This document shows, piece by piece, positions 33,676-43,695 of a DNA stretch of 64,000 nt. A program made the translations under genes and the position numbers. The notes beneath the pieces were generated by a model. It was given only the letters and a program-made list of their open reading frames with translations, was not told where the DNA came from and made no database searches. Numbering within the stretch: the first letter of the stretch is position 1; every line of letters starts with the position of its first letter. The stretch comes from Spirochaetia bacterium. Lineage in GTDB: Bacteria; Spirochaetota; Spirochaetia; SZUA-6; Bin103. The stretch is taken from positions 1,792,001 through 1,856,000 of the forward strand of contig CBDATQ010000001.1 in assembly GCA_965199955.1 (NCBI GenBank), given 5' to 3'.

Positions 33676-35024
33676 GAGGTCCTGTCAATAGGTGTGTAAA
33701 CGAGTCAGGCAGCGTCCCGCTCCTGATCTTCGATTCGAATTCCGTCTCGGTACTCGGCTCCCACCCACACATCTTGAAGTAGCTCCGGCGCGTTCAGCTT
33801 CCGGAACTTCGTCTCGGCCACCAACAGCATCTTCCAGATCACGGCGGTGGCGTTGGCTACCTTCATGAATCGCTTCGCCGCATCGGTCCGTAACCTCAGC
33901 GCCGCGAACGGCGACTCGATCACATTGGTCGTCCGCAGGTGCCGCCAGTGAGCTCGTGGATACCCGTAGTAGCTCACCATCCGCTCCCAGTCCTGCGCGA
34001 TCAACTCGGCGGCTCGCTGCAGCCCCTGGCCACGCGCCCAGCTCTGGAACGATCCTCGACGTTGCTCAGCCTCCTTGAGCGTCTCGGCGTAGGCGATCTT
34101 CTTCAGCTTCCCCTTCGCTTCCTCCTGAGAGCGCTTCGGCACCTGGTCCAGCACGTTGACGATCTGGTGATTCCAGCACCGTTGCTCCTCGGCGTCCGGA
34201 TACACCTCCCGCAGCGCCGCCCAGATCCCCAGGTGCCCGTCGCCGATCACCACCCGCGGACAGCGAAGGCCCCGCTGTCGGGCATCCCTGAGCATTCCCT
34301 TCCAGCTCTCGGTCGACTCCCGGTACCCGCTGCGCAGTGTGATGAGCACCTTGCGCCCGTCGGCCAGCCCGCCAATCGCCACCAGCAGCGCCGCCTTGTC
34401 CTTCTCCAGCCCCGCTTTCACGTACACGCCGTCGACCCACAGGTACACCAACTCCAGATCCGCCAGGCTGCGTTCGTGCCACGCGGCCGCCTCGGCGTGC
34501 CAGCGGTCCTTCACCCGCGCCACCGTGCTCGCCGACAGCGGCGCCCCCTCGCCGAACAGCCCCCGCAGCGCCAGTTCGAAATCGCCCAGCGCCAGCCCGT
34601 GCAGGTACAACTGCGGCAGCACGTCGGTGACCTCAGGCGTGCGCCGCGCACACAGCGCCAGCAGCGCGCTGTCGAACCGCTGCTGCAGCCCGCGCACCCG
34701 CGGCCGACGCACCCTCACCGTGCCGGCCCGTGTGGTCAGCTGCCGCGGCTTGCCGTAGCCGTTGCGGTAGCCGCGTTCCCCTTCATCTCGGCGACGGTAG
34801 CGGGCTCGGCCAAGAAACTGCGTCACCTCGTCCTCAAGCAATCCCTGCAGCCACTGCTGAACGTGGCGCCGGGCCATCTCCTCCATGGCCTGCCAGCACG
34901 CGCTTGACTGGGTGCTCTGCTTCGTGACCAACTCTTCCACGGCGGTGTCCTCCTGACTTTGTGGTGATTTCAGGATTCTACAGGGCGCCGCCTTTTTCGT
35001 TTACACACCTCTTGATGGTAGCTC
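33676..35024 (-). mobile_element. IS256-family insertion sequence
   Basis: About 42-bp imperfect terminal inverted repeats with perfect core AGGTGTGTAAACGA (33690-33703) / TCGTTTACACACCT (34997-35010). Confidence 0.85.
33705..34940 (-). CDS. IS256-family (Mutator) transposase
   Basis: 'YRNGY', 'YLWVDG', 'IGDGHLG', 'QRCWNH', 'LRTTNVIES'. Confidence 0.93.
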   Translation of the reverse strand: MEELVTKQSTQSSACWQAMEEMARRHVQQWLQGLLEDEVTQFLGRARYRRRDEGERGYRNGYGKPRQLTTRAGTVRVRRPRVRGLQQRFDSALLALCARRTPEVTDVLPQLYLHGLALGDFELALRGLFGEGAPLSASTVARVKDRWHAEAAAWHERSLADLELVYLWVDGVYVKAGLEKDKAALLVAIGGLADGRKVLITLRSGYRESTESWKGMLRDARQRGLRCPRVVIGDGHLGIWAALREVYPDAEEQRCWNHQIVNVLDQVPKRSQEEAKGKLKKIAYAETLKEAEQRRGSFQSWARGQGLQRAAELIAQDWERMVSYYGYPRAHWRHLRTTNVIESPFAALRLRTDAAKRFMKVANATAVIWKMLLVAETKFRKLNAPELLQDVWVGAEYRDGIRIEDQERDAA

Positions 35025-35289
35025 GCCGCCGATGCTGTTGATCCATGTCACGGAGGACGCGGTGGTGCCGGTAACCCAGTCGCGTGGCATGCTCGCGGCG
35101 CTCCGGCGTGCCGGCCACACGCCGGAGCTGCTGGAGGTGTCCGACGGCCACTTCGCCATGAACGCCGCCTACCCAGGCGAGCCCAAGGAGTTCGTCCGCG
35201 AGGCGGAAGTCCTGCGGTTTCTGCGCGCCCACCTGTACGGAGTATTGTGCGTCCGCGCCGTCAGTCCCGGTCGTTCCAGAAGGCGGTGA
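35025..35289 (+). pseudogene. Alpha/beta hydrolase C-terminal fragment
   Basis: 'PPMLLIHVTEDAVVPVTQS...GH' starts immediately outside the IS256 end. Confidence 0.65.
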
Positions 35290-36370
35290 TCAGGCGGTTG
35301 ACCTCGGAGGCGCGTTCCATCTGCACCATGTGACCGGTGTCGTCGAGGATGTGCACCCGGTCCTGGTTCGGGAGATCGCGGGCGTGGCCGGCCGGGATGA
35401 TGCGGTCGTCCGCGCCCCAGATCACCAGGGTCGGGACGGCGTCGATAATGCGGCGGGCGTCCTCGGCGTGATCGCCGGCGTCGGTGAGCCGGCCTGCCAG
35501 CGCCTCCAGGCACTCCTGCACCCCGTCGAGCCGCTTGTACTTGAGCAGGTCCTCGACAAGCTGGCGGGTGACCAGCGATTCATCGCCGAATAGCTTGAGG
35601 ACGTGCGGCTTGAGCTCCCGGCGGCTGCGGCTGCTGGTGAACCCCTGCAGGTACTCCGCGTCGATCTCCGGGCCGAGGCCGGCGCTCGCGAGCAGGGTCA
35701 GCGAGCAGACGAGGTGCGGCTGCGATCGGGCCAGGTGCAGGGCGATCGCCCCGCCCATGGAGTGTCCGACCAAGTCGGCCTCCGTCACGCCCAGCTCCCG
35801 CAACGTGTCGTGCACGACCTCCGCCATGGACGCGAAGCTGCCGTCGCCCACCGCCTTCGTGGAGCGGCCGTGTCCGGGCAGCTCCAGCGCGATGACGGTG
35901 CGGTCCGAGCTCAGCGCCCCTTGATTGAACAGCCAGTTGTCGAGATCGCCGCCGAAGCCGTGCAGCAGGACGGCCGTCCGGGCCGCGGACCCCTGCCGCG
36001 CGAAGGCGATCGACAGCTCGCCGACCTGGACCGTCTCGACCTGGTCGCCGGCTTCCTCGGCGCCCGTCTCCTCGGGCACGAAGCTCTCCTGAAACTGCTG
36101 CACGAAGGCGTCGACGTCCGCGTCGGCTATCTCATCGCCGGCGACCACGCCCAGCAGGGCGCCCACCGGCAGGGTGTCGCCGGTCGCGGCCACGGCGCGG
36201 CGCAGGGTGCCGGCATCGGCGGCCTCCACGGCGCCGGAGATCTTCTCCGTATCGACCAGCACCACCTCGGTGCCGGACTCCACGGCATCGCCTTCCGCCA
36301 CCAGCCAGTCGCCCACCACGCCCTCGGTCATGGCGAGCCCCCACTTGGGCATGGTGATCGCGCTGATCAT
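35261..36370 (-). CDS. acoC: Acetoin dehydrogenase E2-type subunit (lipoyl domain + alpha/beta hydrolase)
   Basis: 'MPKWGLAMTEG', lipoyl 'DTEKI', 'LHGFGGDLDNW', 'GHSMGG'. Confidence 0.88.
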   Translation of the reverse strand: MISAITMPKWGLAMTEGVVGDWLVAEGDAVESGTEVVLVDTEKISGAVEAADAGTLRRAVAATGDTLPVGALLGVVAGDEIADADVDAFVQQFQESFVPEETGAEEAGDQVETVQVGELSIAFARQGSAARTAVLLHGFGGDLDNWLFNQGALSSDRTVIALELPGHGRSTKAVGDGSFASMAEVVHDTLRELGVTEADLVGHSMGGAIALHLARSQPHLVCSLTLLASAGLGPEIDAEYLQGFTSSRSRRELKPHVLKLFGDESLVTRQLVEDLLKYKRLDGVQECLEALAGRLTDAGDHAEDARRIIDAVPTLVIWGADDRIIPAGHARDLPNQDRVHILDDTGHMVQMERASEVNRLITAFWNDRD

Positions 36371-37368
36371 GCGGCGGTCTCGCGCACGCAGGCGGCGATC
36401 TTCTCGGCCGAGGGCACGAAGTGCTTCTCCAGCTCCGGCGAGAACGGCACCGGGGTGTGCGGCGCCGTCACCATGCCGACCGGAGCCTGCAGGTCTCCGA
36501 ATCCCTCGCGCGCCACGGCGGCGGCGACGTCGGCGGCGACGCTGCAGCGCGGGTGCGCCTCGTCCACGACCACCAGGCGGCCGGTGTTCTCCACGCTCTC
36601 CAGGACGGTGTCGGTGTCGATGGGGGACAGGGTGCGCAGGTCGATCACCTCGCACTCGATCCCGTCGCCGGCAAGCTCCTCGGCCGCCTCGACTGCCCGG
36701 TGCACCATCATCCCGTAGCCGACGACCGTGCAGTCGTCGCCTTCGCGCACAATGTTCGCCTCGCCGAACGGGATGGCGTACAACTCCTCCGGCACCTCGC
36801 CGGTGACATCGTATATCTTCTTGTGCTCGCAGAAGACCACCGGGTCGTCGTCGCGGATCGACTCGATCATCAGCCCCTTCGCGTCGTACGGCGACGAGGG
36901 GCACACCACCTTGATGCCGGGGACGTGGGTGAAGATGGAGGTCAGCGTCTGCGAGTGCTGGGCGGCGGCGGAGAGCCCGGCGCCGTACATGGTGCGGATG
37001 ACGACCGGCGTTTCCGCCTTGCCGCCGAACATGTAGCGGAACTTGGCCGCCTGGTTGAAGATCTGGTCGAAGCAGACGCCCAGGAAGTCGATGAACATCA
37101 GCTCCGCGACCGGTCGCATGCCGCACGTGGCCGCGCCGACGGCGGCGCCGACGAACGCGGCCTCGGACAGCGGCGTGTCGAGCACGCGGTCGCCGTACTT
37201 CTTGTAGAGGCCCTTGTAGAGCCCCATGGCGCCGCCCCAGGCCTCGTCTTTGCCCGGACTGCCGGTGCCGCCGGCGATGTCCTCGCCCATCAGGATCACG
37301 GTGGGGTCCCGCTCCATCTCCTGGTCGAACGCCTGGTTGATCGCCTCGCGAATCGATAGCTCTGCCAT
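36367..37368 (-). CDS. acoB: Acetoin dehydrogenase E1 beta subunit
   Basis: 'DTPLSE', 'NQAAKFRYMFGG', 'AAQHSQ'. Confidence 0.9.
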   Translation of the reverse strand: MAELSIREAINQAFDQEMERDPTVILMGEDIAGGTGSPGKDEAWGGAMGLYKGLYKKYGDRVLDTPLSEAAFVGAAVGAATCGMRPVAELMFIDFLGVCFDQIFNQAAKFRYMFGGKAETPVVIRTMYGAGLSAAAQHSQTLTSIFTHVPGIKVVCPSSPYDAKGLMIESIRDDDPVVFCEHKKIYDVTGEVPEELYAIPFGEANIVREGDDCTVVGYGMMVHRAVEAAEELAGDGIECEVIDLRTLSPIDTDTVLESVENTGRLVVVDEAHPRCSVAADVAAAVAREGFGDLQAPVGMVTAPHTPVPFSPELEKHFVPSAEKIAACVRETAA

Positions 37369-37379
37369 GTTCTCCTCGC

Positions 37380-38363
37380 CTAATAGCTGACGTAGACGTC
37401 GGTGAGGAGGTCGTCCGCGGTGGGTTGCGGCGCCTCCTGTGCTGCGGCCACGGCCTGGTCGATCAACGCCGCGACCTCCCGGTCGATGGCCTCAAGGTCG
37501 TCCTGCCCGAGCGTTCCGACGCGCGTCACCTGCTGCACGAACTTGGCCAGGCAGTCGCGGTTGGCGCGGAGCTCCTCCACCTCTCCGGGCGCCCGGTAGG
37601 TCTGCGCGTCGCCTTCGTAGTGGCCGTAGAAGCGGATCATGCCGCACTCCAGCAGCCCCGGACCGCCGCCTGCGCGGGCGCGGGCGATCATGGCGCCGGC
37701 GGCCTCGTGGACGGCGAAGAAGTCGGTGCCGTCCACGGTGACGCCCGGCATGCCGAACCCGGATGCGCGGTCCACGTAGCTGTCGACGGCCACGGCGTAG
37801 TCGCGCGAGGTGGACTGGGCGTAGGCGTTGTTCTCCACCACGAAGATGGCCGGCAGGTCCCACACGGCGGCCAGGTTGAGGCTCTCCAGGAAGTTGCCGG
37901 CGTTGGAGGCGCCGTCGCCGACGAAGCTGACCGCCACGCTGCCGTCCTGCTTGAACTTGGACGCCAGCGCCGCGCCGCAGACCAGCGGCGCGCCGGCGCC
38001 CAGGATGCCGTTGGCGCCCATCATGCCCAGGTCCAGGTCGGCGATGTGCATGGAGCCGCCCTTGCCGCGGCAGGTGCCGGTGGCGCGGCCGTAGAGCTCG
38101 GCGAACATGCCTTTGACGTCGACGCCCTTGGCGATGCAGTGGCCGTGCCCGCGGTGGGTGCTGGCGATGTGGTCTTCCTGCCGGAGGTTCATCATGATGC
38201 CGGTCGCCGCGGCCTCCTCGCCGGCGTAGAGATGGACGAACCCCGGCAGGTCGCCGGTGGCGAACTCCACGTGGACCCGCTCCTCGAATTCCCGGATCGT
38301 CTTCATGGTCCGGTAGGCCTGGAGCAGCTCCTCCCGGCCGAGCGCAATGGTGTCGGTGCTCAT
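37380..38363 (-). CDS. acoA: Acetoin dehydrogenase E1 alpha subunit
   Basis: 'PGFVHLYAGEEA', 'THRGHGH', TPP motif 'GDGA...ENN'. Confidence 0.9.
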   Translation of the reverse strand: MSTDTIALGREELLQAYRTMKTIREFEERVHVEFATGDLPGFVHLYAGEEAAATGIMMNLRQEDHIASTHRGHGHCIAKGVDVKGMFAELYGRATGTCRGKGGSMHIADLDLGMMGANGILGAGAPLVCGAALASKFKQDGSVAVSFVGDGASNAGNFLESLNLAAVWDLPAIFVVENNAYAQSTSRDYAVAVDSYVDRASGFGMPGVTVDGTDFFAVHEAAGAMIARARAGGGPGLLECGMIRFYGHYEGDAQTYRAPGEVEELRANRDCLAKFVQQVTRVGTLGQDDLEAIDREVAALIDQAVAAAQEAPQPTADDLLTDVYVSY

Positions 38364-39401
38364 CGGTCCTCCCGTGGCCTCTCCTCTCGAAACAGGCCGT
38401 GCTCCGCGGCGTAGCGCATCACCGCTCCCACGTCCAGCGTGTCGAAGGCATCGCGGAGGAGGGTGATCTCCACCCGATCGTCAGGCCGCACGTGTATCTC
38501 GCGCTCGCCATCCAGGGAAATCATGCCCGACTCGTGATGCAGCCGAATCGCCTCGTCCGCGGCCAGCGCCTCATGGTGCCTGACGCCGACCGGCCGTATC
38601 AATCCTGGCGCGATCGGGACCCGCAGCACGGTCCCCGCGGCGGACGGGTCCTGGAGCTGAACCCGCAGTCCGAACGGCTCGCGCCGGCCCACGGGATGCA
38701 GGAGTCCGGCGACCGCGGACAGGCCGATCGCCTCGGGATCGGCGAAGGTGACGAAGATCTCGCGCAGGTGCTCGCTCCGCCACAGCGCCCGCGCACGATT
38801 CGGTGGTCACGCACACGTCCACCAGGGCGACGTCCGGCTGCTGAGAGCCGTTGACCGTGACCTGCAGGAGCTTGTTCGGGACCAGTGCGGTAGCGGCGGG
38901 GACGCGGCCGGTCACCGTCAGCCCCACCGCCAGTCCGGTGACGGTCGGTTCCCGCTGCTCGGGAAAGGCGTTGTTGGTGCCGGTCGAGATGCCGACGATC
39001 CACGCTCCGCCGCAGCACGCGGCCACCGCCCGATGCGTGCCGTCGCCGCCCAGGACGACGATCGCCACCACCCCCGCCGCGACCATCGCCCGGGTGGCGG
39101 CGAACGTGTCTTCCACCGTGCCGGTGACCGGCGTGTCGGTGAAGTGCAGGCGTGGCAGATCAGCGTGTCCCTGGTTGCGCTCGCGCTCCAGGCTGCGTGT
39201 CAGGTGTCTGCGGATGCCTCCGTCCTCGGGCATCATCAGCACTCGCGGCACCCCGCACGCGCCCAGCGCGGCCATGACCCGAAGCACGGTGTTGGCGCGG
39301 TCGCCGATCGGCATGCCGGTCGCGTTGGCGGTCACCCGCCGGATGTCGGTGGCGGCCGCCGGATTCGCGATCACACCGACGGCGGCGGTCGGATCTGGCA
39401 T
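38360..39401 (-). pseudogene. acoX: AcoX (NAD-kinase-like acetoin catabolism protein), frameshifted near 38795
   Basis: 'GVIANP..ATDIRR', 'LGGDGT', 'STGTNNAFP' in one frame; 'ARALWRSEHLREIFVTFADP...SLDGERE' in another. Confidence 0.8.
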
Positions 39402-39522
39402 CAAGCACGCGCACCACGACGTGCCGACCGCATCAGAGCCATGCACAGAGCCTCATCAGGTCACCGTCATCTTAATGGCCTCAACGCGTCGGCCCGTGCG
39501 ATCATGGAGCAGGAGCGGCCCC

Positions 39523-40566
39523 ATGGAGAAGACATCGGCGGATGCCGGCACCAACAGCACGATCAGGCGCCACTTCGAGCTGGCCGCCGACGGGTTGGAG
39601 CCCGCGCTCCGGTGGGCGGCGGGGTCACCGGCGGAGCATGCCGACTGGCGCCGAGCATTCTCGCGACGGCTGAAACGACTGGTCGGAGAGCGGCCCGAGC
39701 GAGTGCCGCTGGAGGTCAGGTGGGGCGAGGTCGCCGACCTGGGGACCGTCGTGCGGCGCAAGGTCTACGTGCGTTCGGAGGCCTATTACTGGGTGCCCGC
39801 GTACTACTTCGTCCCCAAGCAGGTCCGCGAGAAGACGCCGGCGATCCTCTGCCTGCACGGCCACAGCGGCATCCTTCCCTACATCCGCGACGGCGATGAT
39901 GCCTAGCGTCACCAGTGCCGGGAGGGGGATCTGGACTACGCCGTCCACTTGGCCGAGCAGGGATACATCACGCTGGCGGCGGTGCAGCGCGGCTGGAACG
40001 AGACCGCGCTTCCCGAGGACCAGGCCAAAGGCACCCACAGTTGCCACCGCGTCACCATGGACGCCTTCCTGCTTGGCATGACCCCGGTGGGCCTGCGGTG
40101 CTGGGACGCCTCGCGTCTGGTCGACTTCCTGGAGACCCAGGAGCCGGTCGACAGCGCGCGGATCGGCGTCGCCGGCTTGTCGGGCGGCGGCACGACCGGC
40201 CTGTTCCTGACCGCGCTGGAGCCGCGGATCGCCCTGGCCATGATCGGCGGTTACTATTGCACGTTCCGGGACTCGATCTACTCCATCCACCACTGCATCT
40301 GCAACTGCGTGCCCGACATGATGCGATGGGGTGAGATGCGCGAGATCGCCGCCGTGTTCGCGCCCAAGCCGATGCTGGTCATCGCGGGCACCCGCGACAC
40401 GATCTTTCCGATCGCGGCCACCAGGCGAGCCTTCCGGGAGCTGGCCGAGGTCTACGAGCTGCTCGGCGCTCCGGGCAACCTGGACCGGGACTTCTTCAAC
40501 GGCCCGCACGCCTGGAACCACCGCAAGACGGTCCCGTTCCTGAGCCGGCACTGGGGCCGGCTGTGA
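39523..40566 (+). pseudogene. Alpha/beta hydrolase (acetylxylan esterase/dienelactone-hydrolase-like) with in-frame TAG at 39904-39906
   Basis: 'AILCLHGH' before and 'GLSGGG', 'HCICNCVP' after the stop, in the same frame. Confidence 0.75.
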
Positions 40567-40645
40567 CCGCCACGGCCCCAGTTGATCCAGATCTGTTGAC
40601 GCCCGCAGGCGCGGTAGATACCCTCCGTAGGCAAGACCAAGAAGC

Positions 40646-41172
40646 ATGACGAGACACACCACGCTCTATGACATCAAGATCACAGGCCGAATTGACGGGC
40701 GCACGGTGCTCGTCATTAACGTGTCGTATCTGCGTCAAGCGCGAATCTCGAAAGTCCTACTCATGTCAAGTTGAAGGACCAGACCATCTCCTAATCGGCC
40801 TTTCCGACACAGAGGAGAGCACGGTCGTGGAAGTCATGGACATGCTAGTTCCCATTGCCTCAGAAACGCTGGTCGCGGGCGGCAACTTCCCCGCCATCGA
40901 AGGCATTGAGTGGATCCCTGTCAGCAGAGACAGAGCCCCTCCTTTCGCCGCCTCCAAGTTTACTCCAGAATGGGATACGGAACTGCTCGCCCTGACCGCG
41001 TAGCTCCTCTTGTACCAAGTCACCTCTCCAAAACGCCTGGAGCGCATCCTGATCGCAGCCGGTGCGCATAAGCGTCTCACGTACACCCCCCATCAAACAC
41101 GACTCCTTTGTGCGAATGGGAAACAAATCTCCTTCTCTCTGATCCACCGAAGGTTGATGTCCAACACGTCAC
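40646..41172 (+). pseudogene. Degraded lower-GC hypothetical gene interrupted by IS630
   Basis: ORFs 40668..41003 and 41010..41213 are in the same frame, separated by a TAG; no recognisable domain. Confidence 0.3.
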
Positions 41173-42271
41173 TAGTGGACTGTAACGAGCATTCATGGAT
41201 CTATATGGCGTGATGGATCAACGTAATGCCACTTCACGACCCGCGGATTCTTGTTGTATTCGCGGATGTATCTCATCAGCTTGCTCTTCAGATCCGCCAC
41301 CGAACTGAACACTCCGCGGGTGATCACGTCGCGCGAGATCTTCGCAAACCACAGCTCCACCTGGTTCAGCCACGATGAGTAGGTCGGCGTGAAATGCAGC
41401 CGCACCATCGGATGGTCGCTGAGAAACTCCTGCACTCGCTTCGTCTTGTGCGCCGACAGGTTGTCAGCGATCACGTGAATCTCCTGACCGGCCGGCTGAT
41501 GCGCCACGATCTCGCGCAGAAACGCCACGAACTGCTCCGAGGTGTGCCGCGTGGCGGTCTTGCCGAGCACCTGGCCGGTCTTCGTATTGAACGCCGCGTA
41601 CAGCGCCAGCGTGCCGTGCCGGTAGTACTCGAACCCGTGCCGTTCGTCCCGACCCGGCGACAGCGGCAGCACCGGGACGTTGCGGTCGAGCGCTTGAATC
41701 GCCGTCTTCTCGTCCACGCAGAACACCGCCGCGTGCGCCGGCGGGTTCAGGTACAGCCCGATGATGTCGGCCGCCTTCTGCTCGAAGTCCGGATCGTTGG
41801 AGCTCATGTAGCGCTCCAACCGGTGCGGCTGCAGCCGGTGCTTGCTCCATACCCGCGCCACCATCATGTGCGACACGCCCAGCTTGGCTGCCAGGCGGCG
41901 CGTGCTCCAGTGCGTGGCGCCATCGGTCGGCGCCTTGCGCGTGGCGTTGAGGATCCTGGCCTCCACGCTCGGGGTGCAGCGAAACGGCTTCTGACCGCGG
42001 TGCCGGCTGTACAGTCCTGCCAATCGCTCGGCCCGAAAGCGGCCAGCCCACATCGCCACGAAGCCGCGGCTGCACTCGGCTCGTTCGCACACTACGTCCC
42101 ACGTGAGTCGCTCAGCGAGCAGCAGAATGACGCGCGCACGGCGCGCATCCTCGGCTCGACCAGTGCGACTCCTGGCCCGCTTGGTGAGTTCGCGATGCTC
42201 GGCTTCGGTCAATACGATTCCCTCTCTCATGCCTCCAATTATAGTACGAAAGCAGATGGTACGGTCCACTA
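41173..42271 (-). mobile_element. IS630-family insertion sequence
   Basis: Ends CTAGTGGACTGTA / TACGGTCCACTAG (inverted), with CTAG at both junctions consistent with TA duplication. Confidence 0.85.
41193..42230 (-). CDS. IS630-family transposase
   Basis: 'THWSTRRLA', 'VDEKT', 'YYRHGT', 'ADNLSAHK', 'SSWLNQVELWF'. Confidence 0.93.
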   Translation of the reverse strand: MREGIVLTEAEHRELTKRARSRTGRAEDARRARVILLLAERLTWDVVCERAECSRGFVAMWAGRFRAERLAGLYSRHRGQKPFRCTPSVEARILNATRKAPTDGATHWSTRRLAAKLGVSHMMVARVWSKHRLQPHRLERYMSSNDPDFEQKAADIIGLYLNPPAHAAVFCVDEKTAIQALDRNVPVLPLSPGRDERHGFEYYRHGTLALYAAFNTKTGQVLGKTATRHTSEQFVAFLREIVAHQPAGQEIHVIADNLSAHKTKRVQEFLSDHPMVRLHFTPTYSSWLNQVELWFAKISRDVITRGVFSSVADLKSKLMRYIREYNKNPRVVKWHYVDPSRHIDP

Positions 42272-42398
42272 GGAGACCCCGGCGGTCGAGACCAGTCGGG
42301 CCTTCTGGAAGGAGATCGCCCTACGACGCGACCAGGAGATTGTCGCCCTCGCCGTATCCGCAAGCGGCTTCAGGCATGGTTATGTCTGAACTGATCCC

Positions 42399-43535
42399 AT
42401 GAGCGAATCTGAGGCGCTGCGCGATCGCCTGAATGCGGAGCTTGATGCCGCGATAGCGGCCGCCTTAGAAGCCGCAGCCCGCGACCGCCACCGCCCGATA
42501 ACGGAGGTAGGCCCGACCGATGCCACGGCACTGTTGGCATCCGTAGCGCGTGTCGCGCATTTCAACCGAGAATATGACGCTGGCGCGCGTACAGTAGCAA
42601 AGCTATCCCTACCGAAGCGTTGGCCGTTGCCCACCGCCGAGCGCATGGCCCGGTGGCTGCTGAAGAACCCGGAGAATCTAACGCTCGCCTCCGCCGTCGC
42701 CGAGGCCGCGATGCTCACTCCTGGCGATGCGCATACCGAGCACGAACGCAACGCACACCGCGCCGCCGAGCAGTGGTTGCGCGACTTTCGCGAGCCCTAC
42801 GAGCTATTGGCCGATGGTGCACCCGGATGTTGGACCCCCGATCGGTGGCTGTCGTTCGCGGTGCTATTCCTGTCTGATCTAGTGGTGACCTATCTCGCTA
42901 CCAAGCGCCAGCGCCAGCCGCTCTACGACCTGGTGGCCGCCTGGCAGCGGTGCCCGACCAAGTCACTGTTTGAGACCGGAAATTTCAGGCCCGAGGTATT
43001 GGCAACTGCAACCGACGTGGATCACGCAACCGAAACCGGAGTGGGTCAGGTATCGTCTCTCTATCTGATGTCTGAGGAATTCATGCTCTTGGCTAAGAGC
43101 GAATTGAAGAACTCCGATTTCTTACAGCGGGGGAGGATCAGATACAGCGCAGGTATCTTCTGTCTTGGCCATGCACTGGAGTTGACGTACAAACTTCTCT
43201 TATTGAAAGACCGAGGAACTTACCCCAAGGGGCATAGATTTGATCGGCTATTTGGCTGCATGATCAAGGAAGACAAGCGTGCCATTTGTCAGATAGTTAG
43301 AGATGCAGGTTGGGACTCTTGTGATCACTTCCACAAGTTCCTGGCCGACGACATATGCTTTCTGGATAGGAAGTACTACGATGTTCTTAGTTCTCTTGAT
43401 CACTGGACGCATGACCTAAGTGACCAGAATTTGGACCACAAATTGTGGCCTCAGGTAGTTCGTTTGTGCGAGCATTTGCATCGATATGCTGCGTCTACGA
43501 TATGGAAAGATCCAAACCTGCCATCGGATCCGTGA
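42399..43535 (+). CDS. Hypothetical protein with C-terminal HEPN-like domain
   Basis: 'GHALELTYKLLL...YPKGHRFDRLF' resembles the HEPN 'ELxLK...GHxLxxL' helices; lower GC in the 3' half. Confidence 0.55.
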   Translation: MSESEALRDRLNAELDAAIAAALEAAARDRHRPITEVGPTDATALLASVARVAHFNREYDAGARTVAKLSLPKRWPLPTAERMARWLLKNPENLTLASAVAEAAMLTPGDAHTEHERNAHRAAEQWLRDFREPYELLADGAPGCWTPDRWLSFAVLFLSDLVVTYLATKRQRQPLYDLVAAWQRCPTKSLFETGNFRPEVLATATDVDHATETGVGQVSSLYLMSEEFMLLAKSELKNSDFLQRGRIRYSAGIFCLGHALELTYKLLLLKDRGTYPKGHRFDRLFGCMIKEDKRAICQIVRDAGWDSCDHFHKFLADDICFLDRKYYDVLSSLDHWTHDLSDQNLDHKLWPQVVRLCEHLHRYAASTIWKDPNLPSDP

Positions 43536-43543
43536 AGAAGCCG

Positions 43544-43642
43544 CTCACGGCCCGAGGCGTGATGGAGGCATCGGCTCTCTACGAATCGCCCTTCAGCAAG
43601 CTGCACGCCGACAGGCTCGATGCACTGTTTGGCGGACAGGAA
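43544..43642 (+). pseudogene. Type I restriction enzyme HsdR C-terminal (EcoEI_R_C-like) remnant
   Basis: 'LTARGVMEASALYESPFSKLHADRLDALFG'. Confidence 0.55.
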
Positions 43643-43695
43643 CGCAGACATCGGAAGGCTCGGTCTATGATCTCAACCGAGGAGAGACCACTCAA

